A stretch of DNA of 64,000 nt from Nitrosopumilus sp. (GCA_963667665.2 OY763927.2:1312001-1376000); one strand, 5' to 3'. Counted from the stretch's first letter, positions 1-8,680 are shown. Translations and numbers: made by a program. Notes: generated by a model from the sequence alone, not told the origin.

Positions 1-4
1 TTAA

Positions 5-199
5 ATGAAACCTAATGGATTATTGATACTGTATCCAGTATTGTTTGGATTAATTGGAGGCATCATAGCGTACTTGAGAGTTATAAATAAAGACAAAGAT
101 CTTGCTACTGCATTATTGAAGATAGGAGGAGGAGTAACTGCATTATGGATTGTTGTAGTAATTGTCATATTTGTAATACAATATACTGACTTTATCTAA
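5..199 (+). CDS. small two-TM membrane protein
   Basis: 64-aa ORF with two hydrophobic segments separated by a charged loop (NKDKD). Confidence 0.6.
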   Translation: MKPNGLLILYPVLFGLIGGIIAYLRVINKDKDLATALLKIGGGVTALWIVVVIVIFVIQYTDFI

Positions 200-231
200 A
201 AAATCATCTAGTTTTTACATCCCCATACTGG

Positions 232-357
232 TAATTTGTTGCGTGATTCCAAAAATCGCGATTACCAAATCGGGTAATCGAAACGCAAATTGAAGAACGG
301 ATTCTCTCCATTCTTCATGAGATTGGAAGGACCTATTCAGTTCTTTCAATCTCGCTT
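232..357. ncRNA. candidate structured non-coding element (multi-hairpin)
   Basis: Inverted repeats TTGCGT/ACGCAA (239-244/283-288), CGATTACC/GGTAATCG (259-266/273-280), TGAAGAA/TTCTTCA (291-297/311-317) and GAGATTGGAAGGA/TTCTTTCAATCTC (319-331/341-353). Confidence 0.35.
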
Positions 358-438
358 TTGATAATTTAGATATACATTGTATCGTTATGAATTAAGAATA
401 GATAATACGCTTGAGTTTCTAATTTTTGTAGAAACTTT

Positions 439-678
439 GTGACCGATGATAAGAAAATGAAAATTATGTGTAAATGGTGTAATGTTTCTAAAACTTGTCA
501 TATTGTTAGTCAAGAAATTACAGATCATCAGGGAACCTATGGAATAGATAGTGTCATGATGGCCAAAGTTAAAATCCACAAGCATTTCAAAGGAAAAAAT
601 TATTGTAAAGGCTCAGATAGAACAATTACTGTGCCTTTAGATAAGGTGGTAAAGTATAATGAAAAAAATCGAGATTAG
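439..678 (+). CDS. small putative zinc-binding protein
   Basis: CKWC ... HKH ... YCKGS pattern in a 79-aa basic ORF. Confidence 0.55.
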   Translation: MTDDKKMKIMCKWCNVSKTCHIVSQEITDHQGTYGIDSVMMAKVKIHKHFKGKNYCKGSDRTITVPLDKVVKYNEKNRD

Positions 679-717
679 ATTCTAAACTCTTTTTGCCTAG
701 CTCACATCATATAACAT

Positions 718-1677
718 GTGAAAAAAGTACTGCTTTTTGCAGTGGTTTTTGTATTGATAATTAGTGTTTCTTCTGCAACAATTTATGCCCAATCTCAATC
801 TGAGATTCCATCCTGGGTTAAAGGAATAGCAAACTTTTGGGTGGAAGGAAACATTTCAGATAACGAATTTGGAGAATCAATTTCATTTCTAATTGAACAA
901 AAAATTATACAAGTTGAAATGCCAGAGACGGATAATTATCAAGACACTAAAAAAATTAGAGATCTAGTAGTTAAAAATAAGAAATTAGAAGCAGAAAATA
1001 AGAAACTCAAAAACGAGAATTCAATTTTAAAAAATGAGAATAAGCAATTGAATACTATGGTTGACAATCTTTTGTATTCACCACCTGAATCTTCAAATGA
1101 TAATTATTTAGACAATGGATGTACTGTAGATTATCCATACCCTTGGTCAGATGGATTATGTCATAAGATATCAGAACCTAACTGTCCTGCAAGTAATCCT
1201 TACATTTGGTCTGATGGATTTTGTTACAAGTCTCCAGAATATTTAGACAATGGTTGTCATAGTGATTATCCATACTATTGGTCAGATGGATTGTGTCATA
1301 CAACACCTGAATCAAATTATAATCCACCAACAAATTCAGCTCCAAGTTGCGACTCTTCATATCCAGATGTATGCATTCCACCTTATCCTCCAGATTTAGA
1401 TTGTGATGAGATTTTCTATTCTAACTTTAGAGTGACAGGTTATGATCCTCACGGATTTGATACTGATTATGATGGTATAGGTTGTGAAGTAGGTTCTCCT
1501 GATTCTTCTAACACTGTAGATACTCCAAGTTGTGATCCTTCATATCCGGATGTATGCATTCCACCATATCCTCCTGACTTGAATTGTGGAGATATTGGAT
1601 ACTCAAACTTTAGAGTAATAGGAAATGATCCTCATGGATTTGATAGAAACAATGACGGAATTGGTTGTGAATCATGA
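718..1677 (+). CDS. secreted/surface protein: IPxW thaumarchaeal surface module, coiled coil, Cys-rich repeats, two Excalibur-like Ca-binding domains
   Basis: Signal peptide; IPSWVKGIANFWVEGNISDNEF; three C-x3-4-PYxWSDGxC repeats; two CDxSYPDVCIPPYPPDLxC...DPHGFDxxxDGIGCE units. Confidence 0.8.
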   Translation: MKKVLLFAVVFVLIISVSSATIYAQSQSEIPSWVKGIANFWVEGNISDNEFGESISFLIEQKIIQVEMPETDNYQDTKKIRDLVVKNKKLEAENKKLKNENSILKNENKQLNTMVDNLLYSPPESSNDNYLDNGCTVDYPYPWSDGLCHKISEPNCPASNPYIWSDGFCYKSPEYLDNGCHSDYPYYWSDGLCHTTPESNYNPPTNSAPSCDSSYPDVCIPPYPPDLDCDEIFYSNFRVTGYDPHGFDTDYDGIGCEVGSPDSSNTVDTPSCDPSYPDVCIPPYPPDLNCGDIGYSNFRVIGNDPHGFDRNNDGIGCES

Positions 1678-1679
1678 TT

Positions 1680-1790
1680 TTATTTTCTTCTTATCCAATC
1701 CCATTCAGGACGTTCATTTTGTTCAGGTTCTATTCCAAGAACTTTTTCATGGAATTCATAGATAAATTCGTCTAGATCTTCTTCATCCAT
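1680..1790 (-). CDS. 36-aa acidic microprotein (not in ORF track)
   Basis: MDEEDLDEFIYEFHEKVLGIEPEQNERPEWDWIRRK*; TATATA at 1813-1818, about 25 nt upstream of the ATG. Confidence 0.5.
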   Translation of the reverse strand: MDEEDLDEFIYEFHEKVLGIEPEQNERPEWDWIRRK

Positions 1791-2001
1791 ATGATTTTCA
1801 TAATCATTTTAGTATATAGCAAATATTATGTTCAAAATATGACACACACTATTTAGCTATTTTAGATTCTACTCTAGACAATTTGAAAAAACTATTCACT
1901 CTACGCGTTCAATTAATTTTAAGATACAAACAATCGATGTTACATCAAGAGTAAATTATGATAAATTGAATGGTTTGCCAATATGTTTAGAGTCTAAATT
2001 C

Positions 2002-2739
2002 TTACATTGACAGATATACGTTACAGGAGCCACAGAATTGTTTTCCATTTTTGTACTGTGTATCATTGCCACAATGAGGACAAACCCAAAACTGTGTCTC
2101 ATCTTGTGATTTTAATTTTGGAAGTAAGTTTGATTGAGATGATGCCCTACTACTTTGTCTACTACTTTGTCTACTACTTTGCCTTCTAGGTCTACGTCTT
2201 AATGCTTGTTGACGATTTAATAGTCTTTTTGTTGGAAGTTCATATTCAAACATAATTTTTCCTGTTTTCAACAATGTGATTCTATAACACATTCCATTTG
2301 ATTTTATTTCATAATTTTTTAGATATTCCCAGATTTTCTCAAACTTTCTATCAATATCTTTCATTGCCAAAGTTGCATGGAATTTGAATTCATCTTTTGA
2401 ATCATGATCGATATTTGTGGTATCAGTAATTTTGAGTAGTTTTTTTGCCAATTTGTGTCTGAATTCTTTGAGTTCATCACTTGGTTTTATTTTCAGATAG
2501 ATTACATTTTTCTTGGTAGATGTAGTGATGAATAGAAATTTTTTCTTTAACTCAAAATAATCAAACCCATCAATTCCATATGCTAATTCTGAGTATTCAG
2601 AACCAACTTCTCCAATGGTATGTATGACATCTCTAATGGAACGACATCCAAAAGGGCCAAATAGTGAAACATGAGGTACAGGTCTGTGTTTCACTTGACC
2701 CCTAACTCGGAATTTATGGAAAATATCAAAAACAATTTT
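2002..2739 (-). pseudogene. 2H phosphoesterase (2'-5' RNA ligase family) with C-terminal Zn ribbon, apparently 5'-truncated
   Basis: HVSL and HATL motifs, CPHC/CGSC. The frame stays open upstream of the GTG at 2694 (KIVFDIFHKFRVRGQ) but no start codon is present there. Confidence 0.65.
2147..2182. repeat. 3 x 12-nt tandem repeat (ctactactttgt) encoding RQSS repeats
   Basis: Directly visible; the third copy has one mismatch. Confidence 0.9.
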
Positions 2740-3148
2740 GTTTGATGGAACAAAACCATTTCCATCAAAAGCAGAGGAGAAAAAAAGTGAAATGGTTGAT
2801 GGACTTGATGAGCTAAATCAAGAAATCAAAGAAAGAGAAAATAAATTGAAAAATTATTTGATTGTTGCTCCAAAACGATCTGAACGTGGTGCAATTAGTA
2901 GTAATTTGGGTACAATAATGCAAAATTTTTTACCACATAACAAGGAGTTTGGCAAAAATATCTCGATAGTGGACTCGAGATTTTTATCTGCACAAATAGA
3001 CATTATAGTTTTTGATGGTGCAGCAAATTATGATGTAAAACATATTTCCTTTATGGATGCTAAAACTGGAGATGGAACACTGGAACCAAATCAAAAACAA
3101 ATTAGTGATATTGTAACTAATGGTAAGGTAAGATCGGAGTTGCTCTAA
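2738..3148 (+). CDS. PD-(D/E)xK endonuclease related to archaeal Holliday junction resolvase (Endonuc_Holl-like), probably 5'-truncated
   Basis: RFLSAQIDIIVFDG...FMDAKTG...LEPNQKQI motif set; TTG start with no room for a promoter. Confidence 0.65.
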   Translation: MFDGTKPFPSKAEEKKSEMVDGLDELNQEIKERENKLKNYLIVAPKRSERGAISSNLGTIMQNFLPHNKEFGKNISIVDSRFLSAQIDIIVFDGAANYDVKHISFMDAKTGDGTLEPNQKQISDIVTNGKVRSELL

Positions 3149-3709
3149 ATGGCAGATACTTTAGATCTATTTAATCAATTTAAGACAATTTTATGTTTAT
3201 GCCCACATTGTTCAAGTCTTCTTAGGTTAAGTCAGTTGCATTTACGTTCTGATGTTCCATCTCAAAAAACATGGCTTGATGAATATGATCTAAAGAAAAT
3301 TAAACTAGGAAACAAGGAAGAAAAGATTTCTCAGAAAGAATACAAACAAAAAGAATTGATAAAGGAGAAAAAAAAAGAAGCTACACAACGTGGAAGAACT
3401 AAAGTTGTAAACACTGTTTTGAATTCTTTACATTCTTCATCTTCAACAAATATGTTGAAAAAATACAATCCATTTGATGTAAAACCAATAATTCATCCTG
3501 TAGATTTTGTGATTTTCAATGGAGATTATGAAGCAAAAAAGACCAAATATAAGAAAAAAAAGATTCAGGAAGTTGTATTTTTCTCAAAAAAATCAGAAAA
3601 TTCAGATATGTTAAACTTGCAAAAATCAGTTGATGAATGTGTAAAAAACAAAAATTATGATTTTAAGGTTGTAAGAATCAACAATAGTGGTAATGTAAGT
3701 TTTGAATAA
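3149..3709 (+). CDS. Holliday-junction-resolvase-like paralogue, likely catalytically degenerate
   Basis: CLCPHC, coiled coil, HPVDFVIFNG; FSKK stands where (D/E)xK is expected; abuts the upstream gene. Confidence 0.65.
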   Translation: MADTLDLFNQFKTILCLCPHCSSLLRLSQLHLRSDVPSQKTWLDEYDLKKIKLGNKEEKISQKEYKQKELIKEKKKEATQRGRTKVVNTVLNSLHSSSSTNMLKKYNPFDVKPIIHPVDFVIFNGDYEAKKTKYKKKKIQEVVFFSKKSENSDMLNLQKSVDECVKNKNYDFKVVRINNSGNVSFE

Positions 3710-3731
3710 TCCCAATTTGTCATCAATGTAC

Positions 3732-4319
3732 TTAGATTGGAGTGATTGGAACTCCTTCTGACTCTGCGGCTTTAATCAGTAGACTATCTCGCGTAATCAA
3801 TTGAACTTGTTTAGTCAAATGCATTTGGAGTAAGATACAATCAGTTACAGAAAGTGGAATTCCCTCCTCATTAACATATTTTTTTGAATCAAATATTTCT
3901 CTTGCTTTGAGCATTTCTTTATCTGCATAATCTATTTGGATTTTTTTGACTGCACCTATCTTTCTTAGTGATTCAATAATTCGTTCTTCAGTTAATGATA
4001 CATTGTACTCTTGTTTTTCCATGTGGATGGTTTCAATTAATATTCTATCAACTAAAACTAGATTTTTTTCAGTGCCTTGAATTTTTTTTGTAAGCTTTTC
4101 AACAATATTTTTATTATTGATTATTTCATGAATTATCATTGTATCTAGTAACAAATGAGTTATTTTTTTGGTACTTTGCTCTGATGTTTTGATACTTTGA
4201 TTAGATATTTTGATGGTTGGTAATTCTTTTTTAGTTTTTTTACCAACAAATTCAGTAGCAGCTTCAACTCTTTTTCTTAATCTTTCTTTTGCTCTTTCTC
4301 TTTTTTCCTTATTAGACAT
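3732..4319 (-). CDS. PIN-domain (VapC-like) ribonuclease
   Basis: LLLDT, ETI, LSVTDC and LITRD acidic-site motifs; basic N-terminal extension. Confidence 0.75.
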   Translation of the reverse strand: MSNKEKRERAKERLRKRVEAATEFVGKKTKKELPTIKISNQSIKTSEQSTKKITHLLLDTMIIHEIINNKNIVEKLTKKIQGTEKNLVLVDRILIETIHMEKQEYNVSLTEERIIESLRKIGAVKKIQIDYADKEMLKAREIFDSKKYVNEEGIPLSVTDCILLQMHLTKQVQLITRDSLLIKAAESEGVPITPI

Positions 4320-4353
4320 TACTTTGAATTTCTTATTCTCTTCTAATTATTTA

Positions 4354-4740
4354 CTATTTTTCCTTATTTTCTTCATCAAATAGTCCCAACGTTTCTCTAA
4401 TGTTATTAAATATGTTTCTTGGTCTTTTCTTTTTTCCTTTTCTCATATGCGATAACATGCTCTCAAAAAATTCTACTTGTGAGCATGGTTTCCAATAATC
4501 CATACCTGATTCGTTAATTTTTCTCATACAAAAATTACAATAGAATTTTTCTCCAGTATTGACACGTCCAATGAATTTAGTAGTTCCACACATGCAACAT
4601 GCATTTTCCTCGTCTATCACAGTATCATTACAAAATTTTTGCATTAAACTAATTTCCAACAATTCATCACTTGTCACATCTTTAGTCACTGTCACAAATT
4701 GAGGCGTAAAGGAGGGGCTACTATTTTTACTGATTGTCAA
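4354..4740 (-). CDS. Zn-finger hypothetical protein upstream of PIN gene
   Basis: CCMCG...YCNFC motifs. Confidence 0.55.
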   Translation of the reverse strand: MTISKNSSPSFTPQFVTVTKDVTSDELLEISLMQKFCNDTVIDEENACCMCGTTKFIGRVNTGEKFYCNFCMRKINESGMDYWKPCSQVEFFESMLSHMRKGKKKRPRNIFNNIRETLGLFDEENKEK

Positions 4741-4813
4741 GAATCTCTTTTGTAAAAACTCTCATAGGGAATTATTACTTTGGTTCAATGCCCTAAAAAT
4801 AAAAAAAGAAAGA

Positions 4814-6331
4814 TTAGTTAGCAGGAACTATAATTCCTCTATCTATCATCTTCAATGCAGTATCTGCATATAGACACATTGCTACACCGTTTGATGCTTT
4901 CATTACAAGGCTGAATCCTTCTCTACATTCAACGTCTGCGGCATCAAGGCCTGCAGTCATTTGAGTACGTGGGGAAATCCATGCTAGTTGCATGTCTTTT
5001 GCCTTTTCAATGAAATCTGCTCTAAGTTCTTGTTTTTCCTCGTCAGTCATATCAGATGCTCTTTCTCGAAGATCAGCTTTGAATGCTTTCATCTCAGCTA
5101 TTCTATCATGAATGTCAGATTTTTGCTCATCAGTTAGATTGTGTTTGATTTTTGCCATATGATCTTTGAATTTCATTTTAAGATCAGACTTTTTTGCATC
5201 AGTCAAATCACCATGCTTTTCTTTGTATTTCATCTTGATTTCATCCATTCTCTCATCAGTAATGTCATGCTTTGTCATGATCATTGCTTTGAGTCGTGGA
5301 GATTGATCAGAGAATTTCTGCATTTTGTCATGTAGTTTGTCTTTTGCGACATCAGACATTCTGTCTTTTGCCATATCTGACATTCCATCAAAGTCATGTT
5401 TTTTATCCATCATTTTGTCTTTCATAGAATCTTTATGATCACGCTTGAAATCTTCTCTCTCTTCTGGAGTCATTTCACACCATTCAGAGATTCTATCAAG
5501 TTTTGCTACATCTGTGATTTCTGCTGCTCTATCTGATGCTGCCATATCACATAGTCTATCATAATTCATGTGAGGTTTTTTATCTGACATGTTATCTCGC
5601 ATTTTGTCTTTCATGTGATCTTTGATGTAATCTTCTCTTGCGTCATCGTCAAGTGAACAATATTCGTTCATCTTTTCTACATGATCAGCTGCTTTGTCAT
5701 GTTCTGCAACAAATGCTAGCTTATCTTCGTCAGACATTTCACAGTATCTATCTATCATACCTCGTATGTCTTTGTCATGCATTCTGTCTTCCATGTGAGC
5801 TTTGAATTCGTCTCTGTGTTCTGCGATAAAGTCTGCTCTGTCTGATTCATTTAAAGTACAATATCTGTCAGCTTTTGCTATTTGATCTTCTGTTTTATCA
5901 TATTTAGCTGCAGTTGCTTCTTTGTCTTCATCAGACATTTCACACCATTGTGTTAGTTTATGTCTAAAGTCTGCGTCAGTATTTCTGTCCCAGTCTTCAT
6001 CTCTAACATGATCTCTAATAAAATCATCAATTGCATCTTCGCGTTCATCTCCAGACAAATCACAATAGTTTGCTAGTCTGTCAGAAAACTGTTCTAATCT
6101 TGGATGATCCTCAAAGAATTGACGTTTTTCCTCGTCAGTCATTTCACAGAAATATTCTAGTCTGTCATCAAGATCGTGATGTCTACCATCTTTGACATAA
6201 TCTCTGTCATAGTAATCGTCATCGTATGAATCGTCATATTCGTCTGATTCAGCAAATGCTACACTACCGGCAGTAACACCAGTAAACATAATCACTGAAA
6301 AAACTATACTTAGAAGTTGTTTACTTTTCAT
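4814..6331 (-). CDS. secreted Asp/His/Met-rich helical repeat protein with C-terminal two-Cys domain
   Basis: Signal peptide (AFA); four two-Cys repeats of the CEM(S/T)DE type; C-terminal SPRTQ...ECREG...MCL...DRG. Confidence 0.8.
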   Translation of the reverse strand: MKSKQLLSIVFSVIMFTGVTAGSVAFAESDEYDDSYDDDYYDRDYVKDGRHHDLDDRLEYFCEMTDEEKRQFFEDHPRLEQFSDRLANYCDLSGDEREDAIDDFIRDHVRDEDWDRNTDADFRHKLTQWCEMSDEDKEATAAKYDKTEDQIAKADRYCTLNESDRADFIAEHRDEFKAHMEDRMHDKDIRGMIDRYCEMSDEDKLAFVAEHDKAADHVEKMNEYCSLDDDAREDYIKDHMKDKMRDNMSDKKPHMNYDRLCDMAASDRAAEITDVAKLDRISEWCEMTPEEREDFKRDHKDSMKDKMMDKKHDFDGMSDMAKDRMSDVAKDKLHDKMQKFSDQSPRLKAMIMTKHDITDERMDEIKMKYKEKHGDLTDAKKSDLKMKFKDHMAKIKHNLTDEQKSDIHDRIAEMKAFKADLRERASDMTDEEKQELRADFIEKAKDMQLAWISPRTQMTAGLDAADVECREGFSLVMKASNGVAMCLYADTALKMIDRGIIVPAN

Positions 6332-6539
6332 TGCAAATCTTCAATTCTTTTGAATATAAAGAATAACGGATCATATCGTAGTAGCTTTTATTACAAATGA
6401 GACATTTTTTGGCTAATTTCACGCCTGGTAGGCATGAAGTATGTAATTTGTGATTAAATCAAAAGACTAGCTGATTTTTTTAGTTTTGTTCATTTTTATT
6501 TTTAGAAAACATAAGTAATTTCTTGCTATTCTAAATCAA

Positions 6540-6905
6540 ATGGCAAACGTGATGATTGCCGATGATTCAGAACAAGTAAGATACACCTTAAGGGATATTG
6601 TAGAGGCAGGAAAACACAAGGTAGTAGCAGAAGCAGTAGATGGCATTGACACACTAGAAAAATTTGATGCTGTAAAACCTGATGTGTTATTACTTGATGT
6701 AGCAATGCCGAAAAAAGATGGCATGGAAACTTTAATTGAGCTTATGAAAAATGATTCAAAACCCAAAGTTATCATGATTACTGCACATGATGATATGGAT
6801 CTAATACAGAATTGTATCAAAATAGGTGCTTTGGCATACATTACAAAACCGTTTAACACTGATGATATTTTACAAGCAATCTCTTATGCATTTGAAGAAA
6901 AATAA
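6540..6905 (+). CDS. CheY-like response regulator receiver
   Basis: IADD, LLDVAMPKKDG, T, KPF receiver motifs. Confidence 0.9.
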   Translation: MANVMIADDSEQVRYTLRDIVEAGKHKVVAEAVDGIDTLEKFDAVKPDVLLLDVAMPKKDGMETLIELMKNDSKPKVIMITAHDDMDLIQNCIKIGALAYITKPFNTDDILQAISYAFEEK

Positions 6906-6916
6906 TTAATTTCAAA

Positions 6917-7456
6917 TTAAGGTAAGGGTGAACTAGCAAGTCCCATGGCTTCACCAAAGTAATATCCAGCCAAAATTGTTGCAGCAGACCAAATACAGGA
7001 ACCTGCAAACGTATACAAAACAAATTTTGGAATTTTCATTTGTAGTAATCCAGCTGGAACTGAAATCATCTCCCTCATTACTGGAATCATTCTACCCAAA
7101 AATACTGCCTTGTCTCCATACTTTTCAAACCATTTCTCAACTCGCTCTAACTTTTTTTCTGATACCTTGACATATTTCAAATAACGAAGTAAAACTACTC
7201 GTCCAAGTTTTAATGCAATAAAATAGATTGCAGATGTTCCAATAGTAGCACCAATTCCACCAAGAATTATCATTGGAATTACTTCAATTATTGGAATTCC
7301 TTGTTGTGATGCTAAAAATCCTGCAGTTGGAAATATTGCAAGAGTAGGAATTGGAGGAATTATTGTCTCAATTAGAGCAGCTAGAAATATTCCCTCATAG
7401 AGATGTCCTCCTAAAAATTCTGTAACCCATACCAAAAACGAATCAAAAAGTTCCAT
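6917..7456 (-). CDS. DedA family membrane protein
   Basis: ETIIPPIP, GRMIPVMREMISVPAG motifs. Confidence 0.9.
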   Translation of the reverse strand: MELFDSFLVWVTEFLGGHLYEGIFLAALIETIIPPIPTLAIFPTAGFLASQQGIPIIEVIPMIILGGIGATIGTSAIYFIALKLGRVVLLRYLKYVKVSEKKLERVEKWFEKYGDKAVFLGRMIPVMREMISVPAGLLQMKIPKFVLYTFAGSCIWSAATILAGYYFGEAMGLASSPLP

Positions 7457-7589
7457 TTGCTTCTGGAAATAAGATCCTACTAAATTACTTTACGAGTAAA
7501 AACTCGTACTGATTAGTCATATCTCTATTGCCAAGAATTTGGATAAGATTTGGAAAATGTGTTTTATATCAAAATCAGATGATGTAACC

Positions 7590-8216
7590 ATGAACAAATC
7601 TTTGCTGGTAATTATAGCAGTAATAATAGTCGGAGCAGCATCAGTATTTGCTGTATCGCCATACTTTACAGAATCAACTGTAGATGAGGCATTACCAACT
7701 GGCGCTATTATGCAACCAAAGATGGAAGATAAAGACGCAATGATGATCAAAGATGATTCTACTGTGATGGAAGAAAAAGCCATGATGGAAGAGGAAACTA
7801 TGATGGAAGACAAAATGATGGATGAAACTATGGAGGAAGAATCCATGATAGATGAAGATTCTATGATGGATGAAACTATGGAAGAATTAGTTGTAGTCTC
7901 TTATGCTGGAACATTTACTGGTGCGGGTGATGGAATTCATGATGCACAAGGAGATGCATACACAATACCACTAGAAGATGGAAGTAATGTACTAAGACTA
8001 GAGAATTTCCAATCAACTAATGGTCCAGACTTGTTTGTTTATCTGTCAACTGATGAGAATGCATCAGAGTTTATCAATCTAGGAGCACTAAAAGCAAACA
8101 ATGGAAACCAAAATTATGAAATTCCAGATGATACTGATCTTGAGAAATACAACAAAGTTCTAATTTGGTGTAAATCATTTAGTGTTTTATTTGGTAGTGC
8201 AGAATTATCTTCCTGA
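7590..8216 (+). CDS. DM13-domain protein with Met/acidic linker
   Basis: GPDLFVYL, LKANNGNQNYEIP, IWCKSFSVLFG. ATG 7590 is preferred because it precedes the signal/anchor and follows TTTTATA. Confidence 0.85.
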   Translation: MNKSLLVIIAVIIVGAASVFAVSPYFTESTVDEALPTGAIMQPKMEDKDAMMIKDDSTVMEEKAMMEEETMMEDKMMDETMEEESMIDEDSMMDETMEELVVVSYAGTFTGAGDGIHDAQGDAYTIPLEDGSNVLRLENFQSTNGPDLFVYLSTDENASEFINLGALKANNGNQNYEIPDDTDLEKYNKVLIWCKSFSVLFGSAELSS

Positions 8217-8272
8217 TATCTTTTTTTAAAATAAAAAGATCTGTTTTAAATAAGTCAATGAGAAGAAAAATT

Positions 8273-8638
8273 ATGCCAAGAGTTTCATGGTTTGATATTC
8301 CAGCAGATGATCCTGAAAGGGCTCAAAAATTCTACAAGGAAGTATTTGATTGGAGTTTTGACAAATGGGATGGGCCAATGGATTACTGGATGACAAAAAC
8401 AGGAACTGAAGAACCAGGAATTGATGGAGGGTTATCAAAAAGAATGCCTGGCCAAACGGGAATGACAAATACCATTACTGTTCCATCAGTTGATGAATTT
8501 ACAAAAAAAATTATAGAGAAAGGTGGACAAATGGTTTGTGCTAAAATGGCGATTCCAAAAATAGGATGGATTGCACAAGCAACAGATACTGAAGGAAATG
8601 TATTTGGAATTATAGAAATGGATGAGAAAGCAGAGTAA
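8273..8638 (+). CDS. VOC/glyoxalase family protein
   Basis: WFDIPADDPERAQKFY...DTEGNVFGI. Confidence 0.88.
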   Translation: MPRVSWFDIPADDPERAQKFYKEVFDWSFDKWDGPMDYWMTKTGTEEPGIDGGLSKRMPGQTGMTNTITVPSVDEFTKKIIEKGGQMVCAKMAIPKIGWIAQATDTEGNVFGIIEMDEKAE

Positions 8639-8680
8639 TACCACCTAAATTAATAATTAGAAAGATTTCAAAATGAATAA

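Noticed and set aside
240-290. Hammerhead ribozyme (CGAAAC after a stem)
   Set aside because: No CTGANGA core in the required position.
1820-2000. Possible gene remnant in the spacer
   Set aside because: Short open frames without credible starts or motifs.
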